A stretch of DNA of 64,000 bases from Macrostomum lignano (lineage: Eukaryota), in contig NIVC01000598.1 of assembly GCA_002269645.1 (NCBI GenBank), positions 408,286 to 472,285 of the forward strand, given 5' to 3'. The position numbers and the translations under genes were made by a program. How positions within the stretch are numbered: the stretch's first letter is position 1; each line of letters begins with the position of its first letter. Below are positions 25,500 to 35,107 of the stretch, piece by piece. The notes under the pieces were generated by a model. The model was not told where the DNA came from and did no database searches. It saw only the letters and a program-made list of their open reading frames with translations.

Positions 25500-26200
25500 A
25501 AAATATTCTGAAGCGAACTATAAAAGAGAACCTGTTCAACGTGATCTAGACAGCAGTCCATAGCGACGTTTTTGACAACGAGCTGGTGGACTAACTCGCC
25601 AAGCAAGGCAGCAATGCTAAAAGTCGCTCGGTCAAGTTGCCTGCCCCGAAGTCATCCGTCAACCGTGCCACTTACGAGTACAAAGCCAACACCAGCTGCA
25701 CCCGAACAGCTGCTCCAAGTATCAGCAAACGCGACCTGCGATGCCTAATTATCCTAGAACCAAATCTCTTTTAATAAACCGACCTTAGGGAGATTTTCTT
25801 GGTCATTACTACCCATGGCTTCCTTCAGAGACATTTCTCACTGCAAAATGCCCCTCCCACATTTGCCCCTTTTTGAGGCTTCGAGTAGGAAACAGCGGTG
25901 CACCACGTCACATGCATTCTGCCCGCATTTCAACGAAGCGCGAAAGCGACACCTCGGCCACCGGCAAAGGATGAACGAGCTGATCACCCCGGGCTTTATC
26001 CGTGACGTTCGTCCGGGACACATGCGTCCGGAACTCCGCGACCGGATGAAGATCATAGACGCCACCCTCGCGAGCTCTTCTGCTGCTGGCGAGGGGTGGG
26101 AGCAGTTAAAGCCTCATCTGTTTTTAGCTTGGGGTTGTGACAGGGGCCTCACATCTTAATCGCTGCTTCCTGCCTCCGTCAGTAGTAAGAAAGTAGTGTA
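25500..26200 (+). mobile_element. Decayed 3' fragment of an RNase H-containing non-LTR retrotransposon
   Basis: From 25541 it reads VI*TAVHSDVFDNELVD*LAKQG, resembling the LINE RNase H motif WVPGHSGVxGNExADxLAKxG. Downstream TSHAFCPHFNEARKRHLG resembles the C-terminal CCHC region of ORF2. It ends in an agt-rich tail. Confidence 0.7.
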
Positions 26201-27048
26201 GAAGAGTGTGCTCTGCCGTTAGAACTACAAGAATCCACCCCTGACATCTAAGACAATAAGTTTAAGAGCCGATTACCAACTGACGATCAGGTTGCCACGG
26301 CACTTTTGCATTCTCGTAGTTCCTACACATGATACTGAAACTAGCATTTAAGAGACCGCTTAATTTTCGCACCATGTGACAACGTAAGCTGAGGCTAGGG
26401 TTAGCTGTTGTTGAGTGTAATTAAGTTCTGAATCCACTGTACATCCAGATTTAAAGTACTTTGTATTGCAGAGCTATAAACAGCCGTACTGTCTAGTCAA
26501 CCCCAGAGATTAGCTGCCCTGGTTATTGTACGAGTACGACTAGTATAAGCAACTTATCAGTTTTATAGCGCATACGCTGGCAGACAAGCCTTTAAGTCTA
26601 ATTTGTGGAAAGCTTGGCTTCAGTAAATGACAAGAGAGGACAGAAGGGGGTGAGAAAGCTAGACTGGCACATGAAAGAATCAGCTGCGCAGCATTTTGTG
26701 AAATGGCAAACGCAGCGACACCCACCATGAGGCCCTTCTCTCAGCGAAGTGGTGTTCGCTGTACAGGGCAAAGCAAAGTACACTGCCAAAAAAACACCAC
26801 ACCTTCCTGCCCCTTCTACTGAATGCAGTTTTTCAATGCTTAAAGGGTTCAGACGGATTGTCTGGGTTGTCACAAGCCAAAGTCGAACACATTAGCAGCG
26901 GTGGCTACAGACAGACTGTGTTATTAGAGCTTTACTTTATATTTCAGAGCTGCTACCAAGTAAGCACTCTCGTTGCTCGCTAAAGCTAGCTGATTTAGAT
27001 TATCGCTCCAGCTCTTCTTGGTTCAAAATTTCCCCCGCTCACTGGAAA

Positions 27049-28476
27049 ATGTGCAGCATACTGCGAACGGTGCTATGCGCTGGCTCGGTGCTCCTGCTGG
27101 CGCTGTTGCTGCTGGCAGGTCTGGGCTTCCTGGATCGGCTGGCGGTGCCGCCGAAGCCGGACCTTCCGGCCACCCTCAACTGGGGCAGCAGTGCGACCGG
27201 TGGCGGCGACAGCGAGGCGGTGAAGCCCATGAAGGTGTCGGTGAGCGACACTGACCTCAACAGCCTGAAGTCGCGTCTGCGCGCGTTCAAGTTTGTCGAG
27301 CCGCTGGAGAACTCGGCATTCGAATACGGGTTCAATGGCCGATTCATGCAGCAGGTGGTGACCTACTGGCTGGAGAAGTACGACTGGCGTCAGTGGGAGA
27401 AGAAGATCAACAGCTTCGAGAACTACTTGACGAGGATCGAGGGCCTGCAGGTGCACTTTATGCACGTGAAGCCGAAGAAGGCGAAGAAGCGGGCACCGCT
27501 GCTGCTGCTGCACGGCTGGCCGGGCTCAGTGATCGAGTTCCACAAGTTGCTGCCTCTGCTGACGACGTCAGACTCTGACGGCTTCGCCTTCGAGGTGGTG
27601 GCCGCCTCGCTGCCCGGCTTCGCCTGGTCGGAGGCTCCGAAGAAGCGAGGCTTCGACCCGTCCGCCGCTGCTCGGGTGATGGACAAGCTGATGGGTCGGC
27701 TCGGATTCCACAAGTACTACGTGCACGGTGGAGATTGGGGCAGCATCATCGGTCACGTGATGGCGATAGAGTTCCAGGACCGTCTATTGGGCTTCCATAC
27801 AAGCATGCCGATGCAGTCGTTCCGACACCCGTCGATTCTGCTGCAGATGGTCGCGGGTTCGTTTCTACCTGCAGGTGTTCTCTTCGATAAGCGCGACTGC
27901 GACAAGATCTATCCGTTCTTTGGGAAGCTCGGAGACCTAATGCGCGAGTCTGGGTACTTTCACCTGCAAGCCACGCGACCGGACTCGGTGGGCCATGCCC
28001 TCTCCGACTCTCCAGTGGGTCTAGCCGCCTACATCTTGGAGAAGTTCAGCGTGTGGACGAATCTGCAGAATCGGTTCAGTAAGGATGGCAATTTGGTTGG
28101 ACCAAAAGCCGCTTTTACACTGGACGAGCTGCTGACGAATGTGATGATCTACTGGACCACCGGGTCCATCACCTCGTCAATGCGCTTCTATAAAGAGGAT
28201 TTGAGCATCGAAGCCTCGAGCAACTACGCATCAATTCCGTCGCAGGTGCCCTATGGCGTGGCGTCATTTCCACACGAGCTTATTCGAGTTCCTGAAGACT
28301 TCGTTCGCAAGACTCACCCGAATTTGCTGCTCTACACCGACTTCGATGACCGCGGCGGCCACTTCGCCGCCTTTGAGCTGCCCGAACTCGTGGCCAAGGA
28401 AATTCGAAAGTTTGTTCATCTTGCCGAAGCCTTCCACTCTGCCGCTGCTAAACGTGGGAGAAAGTCGGAACTTTGA
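27049..28476 (+). CDS. EPHX1: Microsomal epoxide hydrolase (EPHX1/JHEH family), copy B; intronless CDS, 475 aa
   Basis: Same catalytic motifs as copy A (HGWP, GGDWG, ESGY, MRFY, FPHEL, GGHFAA); shares ~175 bp of upstream sequence with copy A. Confidence 0.95.
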   Translation: MCSILRTVLCAGSVLLLALLLLAGLGFLDRLAVPPKPDLPATLNWGSSATGGGDSEAVKPMKVSVSDTDLNSLKSRLRAFKFVEPLENSAFEYGFNGRFMQQVVTYWLEKYDWRQWEKKINSFENYLTRIEGLQVHFMHVKPKKAKKRAPLLLLHGWPGSVIEFHKLLPLLTTSDSDGFAFEVVAASLPGFAWSEAPKKRGFDPSAAARVMDKLMGRLGFHKYYVHGGDWGSIIGHVMAIEFQDRLLGFHTSMPMQSFRHPSILLQMVAGSFLPAGVLFDKRDCDKIYPFFGKLGDLMRESGYFHLQATRPDSVGHALSDSPVGLAAYILEKFSVWTNLQNRFSKDGNLVGPKAAFTLDELLTNVMIYWTTGSITSSMRFYKEDLSIEASSNYASIPSQVPYGVASFPHELIRVPEDFVRKTHPNLLLYTDFDDRGGHFAAFELPELVAKEIRKFVHLAEAFHSAAAKRGRKSEL

Positions 28477-29831
28477 CCATTTTACCGTGAATTCAGTATT
28501 TGTTTTTTCGAAGGCTCAAAAATGCCCAAAATAAAAAGTTTTTTTGTCAGCGCTTGCAGCTTTTAGGCACCATTTTATTATGATTAGATCTCAAATAAAA
28601 TTTTCCATTGAAAATGAGTTCAAGTACTCGTTCACAATGCTTTTTCTCCAAGTTTTTGCCGGTTTAACCATAGGCAGACGGATGGCCGTTTTCGTCCATT
28701 CTGTCTACCTCCAAGCTAGACGTCGGCATAAAATCAATCTCTATGGGCCAGATTTGTTGGATTTTTTACCACAGCCGTTCCCGACGACTAGAGGCCGAAA
28801 ACGGCCATATAAATATTATGTATAAGGACTACTGACTGCTATATATAACCATATTTATAGGCGGGAACGGTGGTAGCAGCAACATTTATGATCGTAAATT
28901 TGAAAACTGTCTATGGCTGTTTTCGGCCTATCCGTCGGGAACGATTATAAGCGCCTAAAACTGCAGTCAAATAGAGGTTAAGTTATTATAGTGCGTCTAA
29001 TAAATTCCCATCTGGACAAAATACAGTGTGACACTTGAAAAAACGTTTAAAATAATGACAAGACAAATTTAACATGAAAAATCGATAACTGCGTCGTTAA
29101 AGCAGCATTTGAGGCACAAAGTAGTGTGATTAGAACTTTCTTTGACACTGTTGAGAGATCTAATCAATGTTTTAGTGTTGAAAATCGTGAAATTCTTAAT
29201 CTCCGTAGTGTATTTTTCCGGTGAAACAGCTGCCTTTTAAAACTATTTCTGAACAAAAAGCTTTATGATTATCGATAGAGCAATAAGAAAGGCACAACAT
29301 CTCAAAAGATGAACATTGGATCTGTCTCCTATCAAAAGCAATAACAATTTTTGTGCTGAAAAATTAAAACCTCCTATCTCTGTAGTGTATTTTTCGGCAA
29401 AAGTTGCCGTAGATTTCGAGTGTAGCGTCCTATATATATGTTACTTGGGTAGTCCTTGAACTTAATATTTATGCAAGGACGACTTAATAAGAACTGATTG
29501 TTTGAAAATTTGTATTGCTTAATATTTTAAACTTTGTTTCAAAAGCTTGTTTGTGGTCATTCTTCGAAACAGTTGCGCAGTTTTAACTTGAGTAGAAAAC
29601 AATCTTTTAAAATATGAATTTTAATAAAAGTTTGCAGTTTTGTGTTAGAAATAGCCTTAAATAGGTCATTAGGGACTTATTTATCTCTACTTATGACTGA
29701 AAATTATAATTTTGTAAAACATTTTTTTCACGTTACAACATACAAGGTCAAACTCCTCGTTCAGTTTGAGGTATTGTAAAATAAGCCAGCTAACGCATTA
29801 TCTTTATTGTGAGCAAATGTTTTGTTCTTTC

Positions 29832-30365
29832 AGGCTTTTTTATTATCGATTCCAGAACGAAGCTTTTCATATTGTCTGTTCCGTTTTCAGAATCGGTTCC
29901 AGAAACATGATCCGATTCTGGAATTCGGTTCGAGAATTTTTTCGATCCGTTGTCACTTGTCATGTTTGCACTTTTAGGCTTTTCACGAAGATTGGTTTTA
30001 GAACCAGAACAATTCCGATTCCTGATTCCAGAGCCAGAATCGGTAGGAAAATGAAAAGCTTCAAACCTAGTTTATGTTTGTCAGTCTTTATAATTTAATT
30101 TTGTCTTTTCTTGACTTTGCTTTATCTTGGATATGACAAAAAACGATATATAACAAGTACTAATATAGCAATAACAAAAAAATTGATAATTTCAAATATA
30201 TTTTATTTTACTGTTAAAATGTAAACATGAGAACAGATCGAGAAAATTTCTTGAACCGAATTCCAGAATTGATTCAGGGTTCTGGAACCAATTCTAAAAA
30301 TGAAACAGATAGTATGAAAAGCTTTAAACTGATTCTAGTTCTGGAATCAGTAATATGAAAAGCCT
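29832..30365. mobile_element. AT-rich foldback/MITE of the AGGCTTTTCAT family
   Basis: 29832-29956 is the reverse complement of 30227-30365. A second inverted pair (30055-30218 and 30366-30537) overlaps it. Confidence 0.65.
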
Positions 30366-30793
30366 ATTTAACAGTAAAATATGATTTTAAAAATATATTT
30401 GAAAATTGAAATTGTCAATTTTTATTATTGATATATCAGTACTCTGTTTTTATGTCATATCCGGGACAAAAGAAAGTCAAGGAAAGACAAAATTAAATTA
30501 TAAAGATTGATAGACATAAAATGGGTTCAAAGCTTTTAAGTTAGTTAGTTAAGAGAATTTAAGCAATAGATTTTTGATATCATATGTGCAGTGTAATTGG
30601 CTAGTGGGGCTAATATTAAGACAAATGTTTTCACTTTCAATGCAGTGGTTGGAACTATAGGACTAAGACTAGGCCCTAGGGACTTAAATAATTGAGTTTT
30701 GATGCTAGGGCCTATATGTTGATGCTATATGTGTTCTATTTCTATGCCTAGTGGAACTTACCAATTACCATTTGAATGCTACTGTGTTGGGAC

Positions 30794-31578
30794 AAGTGAT
30801 GGACCAAATGTAGATTTTTGCAAGTTTCCAAAACCAAATCCAAATGTACAAAAAATTCTAAATCTGAATCCAAATATCTAAATGTTTCCAAAAAGTAAAA
30901 AAGTAAAACATAAATGGTGGGAATAACTATGATACCTTTTAGTGACAAAAATGCCTCATCATCTAATTAGTAATTGTATTAGTGTTGTACATTAATTTAA
31001 TGACAAGATTCAATCTAGCTTGGGCTTATACTATATCTATCTACTCGTAGTATCTGAATTGAATTGAACTTAATTCTTATATATCTAATCTAGCTAATTC
31101 CAATTACTAATACTAACTGACATTACAGTTTTGCAATTTGATAACTTTACTATGTACAGTGCACATAAAGTCCATTGCATTTTCATTTAAAAAAACAAAG
31201 TAACAATTACACTTAAACATTGATTACCTTAAAATGTTTCTGTGACTTTAGGTTAAATGCCTCAAAGGTCCCAAAGTTAAGTAACTTTACTTAATAACTT
31301 TAAAAAAATACATTGCTGCAAAAGCAGACAATTGTAAAAACAAACAATATGATATTAAATTTTGAGTTCATGTTTTTTAAATTTACTTTCTTTTTTCAAA
31401 AGTTGTATTTCTTTTATGTTTGCATAATTTTGTTTTGGTTTTTTTGATTTTTTCATATTTGGAAGCACATTCAGAAAATCAGAAAATATAATTTCTAAAT
31501 CCAAAACATTTGGATTTCTAAAAAATGTGACTTTTTTCAGATTGGGAGTCTGAATCTGAATATTCGGATCCATCACTA
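30794..31578. mobile_element. 785-bp non-autonomous hAT-like element with 8-bp TSD
   Basis: Ends aagtgatggaccaaat / attcggatccatcacta; TSD gttgggac at 30786-30793 and 31579-31586. Confidence 0.8.
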
Positions 31579-31984
31579 GTTGGGACCTGTCATTTATCCT
31601 ATCTGAGTTTCTATCAGCTTACAAAACTATATATTATAATAAAATCACTATTTTATAATAAAATTATTACAAAAATGGCATGTTTTCTAATAGGGTTAGC
31701 ATTGTTAAAATTCAAGGCAGTAATAGGCTTATAGCCAGCAAGATTTCAAGCTCATACATGCGCAACTGCTGGCCAAGCTGGCCGATCCGGCCACCGTAAA
31801 TTGTGGTGGACCAGGGTAAGTCGCAAAATTGAGTTGACCAAAAACGAAAAAATGCAAGAGGAAAGAGCAATATAGGGAAGTAAAATGGTGAAGCAAAAGA
31901 AAAACAAGTTGCAGCAGAAGCAAATTAAGTTGCACAAATGATTAGGTAAGTCGCAAAAGGAGCAACTAAGTTGCAAAAAGGATT

Positions 31985-32812
31985 CGGTCAAGTCGCAAAA
32001 AGGATTAGGTAAGTCGCAAAAGGATTAGGTAAGTCGCAAAAGGGCTAGGTAAGTCGCAAAAAGGATTAGGTAAGTCGCAAAAGGATTAGGTAAGTCGCAA
32101 AAGGAGCAACTAAGTCGCAAAAAGGATTAGGTCAAGTCGCAAAAAGATTAGGTAAGTCGCAAAAAGGATTAGGTAAGTCGCAAAAGGATTAGGTAAGTCG
32201 CAAAAAGGATTAGGTAAGTCGCAAAAGGATTAGGTAAGTCGCAAAAGGGTTAGGTAAGTCGCAAAAGGAGCAACTAAGTTGCAAAAAGGATTAGGTAAGT
32301 CGCAAAAGGAGCAACTAAGTCGCAAAAAGGATTAGGTCAAGTCGCAAAAGGATTAGGTAAGTCGCAAAAAGGATTGGGTAAGTCGCAAAAGGATTAGGTA
32401 AGTCGCAAAAAGGATTAGGTAAGTCGCAAAAGGGTTAGGTAAGTCGCAAAAGGATTAGGTAAGTCGCAAAAGGATTAGGTAAGTCGCAAAAAGGATTAGG
32501 TAAGTCGCAAAAGGATTAGGTAAGTCGCAAAAGGAGCAACTAAGTCGCAAAAAGGATTAGGTCAAGTCGCAAAAGGATTAGGTAAGTCGCAAAAAGGATT
32601 GGGTAAGTCGCAAAAGGATTAGGTAAGTCGCAAAAAGGATTAGGTAAGTCGCAAAAGGGTTAGGTAAGTCGCAAAAGGATTAGGTAAGTCGCAAAAGGAT
32701 TAGGTAAGTCGCAAAAGGATTAGGTAAGTCGCAAAAAGGATTAGGTAAGTCGCAAAAGGATTAGGTAAGTCGCAAAAAGGGTTAGGTAAGTCGCAAAAGG
32801 AGCAACTAAGTC
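31985..32812. repeat. 20-22-bp tandem array (ggattaggtaagtcgcaaaa) with interspersed ggagcaactaagtcgc variants
   Basis: About 39 units; the motif is the subterminal ggtaagtcgc repeat of the host TIR element. Confidence 0.95.
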
Positions 32813-32975
32813 GCAATAAGAGGTAAGTAAGTCGCAATCAGAGGCGATCAAGGGGTAGTAGGTGCAAGTGTGGCAGGAGAGCAAAAAACAGAATAGAAGC
32901 CTTCAACCATAGACAAGATCTTTGAAATCAGCAGCCTATGTCAACAGTTTCCCATTGATTTCTTTAACTCCGGAG

Positions 32976-33780
32976 CAGGGGTCGGCAAAGTCCAGCTCGC
33001 GAAGCCCCTCTATCTGGCCCTCGCCCCTCGGGTTCTTTGAAACTTTCTAACTAGCAAGGTTAGTGTCTCTTCAACTCTCATCTCTCTCTTCTTCTCTACC
33101 TTGCCTCCCCTCTTCTCTCTCTCTCCCTTTTCCCTCTTCTCTCTCCTTTCATTTTTACTCTCCTCTCTTCTCCCCTCTCCTTTCTCCCCTTTTCTCTCTA
33201 CCCTTTCTCCTCAATGCCCTCTTCTCTCCCCTTATCTTCAGCAAAAATATGTGCATATTTTCTTACTTCAAAGAAGAGGGAATAGAAGATTAGAGATAAG
33301 CAAACAGAGGAGAGGCGAGCGATGCGATGGGAGAAAAGATAGAAGAGGAGAGAAAAGCTGAGGGAGGAGAGAGATGAGAGAGATGAGAGGAAAGAGGAAA
33401 GATATGATGATGGATGAGATCAGAAAAGAGAGGAAAGAGGAAAGAGGAGAGAAGAAAGGAGATAAGAGAGTAGACGAGAGAAGAGAGGATAAGGAGGAGA
33501 TAAGAGGAGAGTGAAGAGAGGAGAGATAAGAGAGTAGAGAAGAGAGGAGAGATGAGATGAGAGAGTTGAGTGGAGAGAGACGAGAGGAGAGATAAGATGA
33601 GAGAGTAGAGTGAAGTGGAGAGAGACGAGAGGAGAGATAAGAATGTAGACAGGAGACAGAAGAGATAAGAGAGGAGGAAAGAGAGGAGAGAGGAGAGGAA
33701 AGAGAGAAGGGATGAGGGATGAGAGAGAAAAGAAAAAGAGGATGAGAAGATTGAGGAAAGGAGAGAATTTGCAAAGGCCT
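32976..33780. mobile_element. Nested hAT-like MITE end plus CT-rich then GA-rich tracts
   Basis: CAGGGGTCGGCAAAG...ctctatctggccctc matches the reverse complement of the 16488-16951 right end; the other end is unclear. Confidence 0.55.
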
Positions 33781-35107
33781 CAAATCTTAATTTAACATGC
33801 ATTTACTCCCATCCTTGTTTGCCTTTTTCCTAACTGTTAACAAGTTTTTGTTTGAGCATGACTTCAAATTTAAGAATCTATGCAAAATAGTTTCGGGAAT
33901 TGGAATTCAGTGGTTTCAAAATCTGTGGGTTTTCACAGCTTGTATCTCTACTGGATTTGTATTCTGCATCTGATGAGCCATCTGAATCAGGGCTCTCATC
34001 TTCCATGCCAAATCGTCTAGCAAGTGAAATTATTCTTGAGCTATAGGCCACACTGTATTCACTTCACTTACTTCTAGACATTCATGAATCATGACTTTTG
34101 TCATTACGTCTTTACTCATTGTCATCATTACTAATTGCCTCAGGCCGACACTATGATATACTGATTAGCTGTAATAAAAACCGCGAAATCTGCACTAATT
34201 AGCTGGCGAGGCATTTAGCCTTTAAAATATGGTCATAGTTACTCCTGCCGTTTACCCACAATTCTTTGTTTAGCTTTCTTACATAGGTAAGTCGCATTTT
34301 TGATCGAAAACTAAGTCGCACGGCCAGCGTAATTTCAGAAGTTGCGCAAGTATGTTCAAGCTATTAAGTTAAATAAATTAGGCATTAGGAGTTAGATAAA
34401 TCTGATATCTTTATATACTTGCACAACACCTAGCCAACTTAGCCAATCTATATAAGCTATTAAGTGGGGTTTTAAGTGTAGGGAAAATAATTAATACAAT
34501 ATACAAGACCAAAAAAATTTAAATTAATAAAATAAAAAACATCAAAAAATAATAATACTAATGTACAAAAGAAATCATAGGAAAAGAGTTTTGAATAGAA
34601 AAATTATTAAAATTGCATTCTAAGAAAAGATATGTTGTATAAAAACTGTAGGTATGTCATTTTCATAGAAAAATATGCTGTATTGAAGGGAGTGCTTTCT
34701 CAAACTCAAGATTTCACAATGTCAAAAACTCTAGCCAGGGACTTCATAAGATCAATTTTTCCTAACCTAACATGGAAAACTCGAGATCATAAGAACCATG
34801 CAGTAGTTTATGGCATTGTGAAATTTGAGCTTGTTAAATCTCCCTTGCACTGGTTAGGTAAAGTTCAGACCCTGGTTGCATACCCATGCATCTTTGTATA
34901 TAACATATAAATGATGTATAGATATCAATAAAAGTAATTATAAAACCATATATGCCCTGATACATGGTTAAAGCATTGAACTTTAACAAAAATGTTTTAT
35001 CAATTTCAGCCTCTCCTGTTAGGCAATGCAAACTTAAATATTGTACCTAATCAAATAGAAATAGAAGAAGTTATTCGCCTAGTCCAAACAGAAACAGAGA
35101 AGACACA

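Larger units (their letters stand above)
31753..34354. mobile_element. 2.6-kb composite member of the CATACATGCGCAAC TIR family upstream of KDM5
   Basis: TIRs CATACATGCGCAAC / GTTGCGCAAGTATG; TSD ttcaagct at 31745-31752 and 34355-34362. It contains a tandem array and a nested hAT-like end. Confidence 0.9.

Noticed and set aside
14118-28534. Antisense and alternate-frame ORFs overlapping the epoxide hydrolases, repeated three times
   Set aside because: They are shadows of GC-rich coding sequence, conserved only because the genes are recent duplicates.
16609-33802. Leu/Ser-rich or Glu/Arg-rich ORFs at 16609-16966 and 33063-33802
   Set aside because: They come from GA/CT low-complexity interiors of MITEs.
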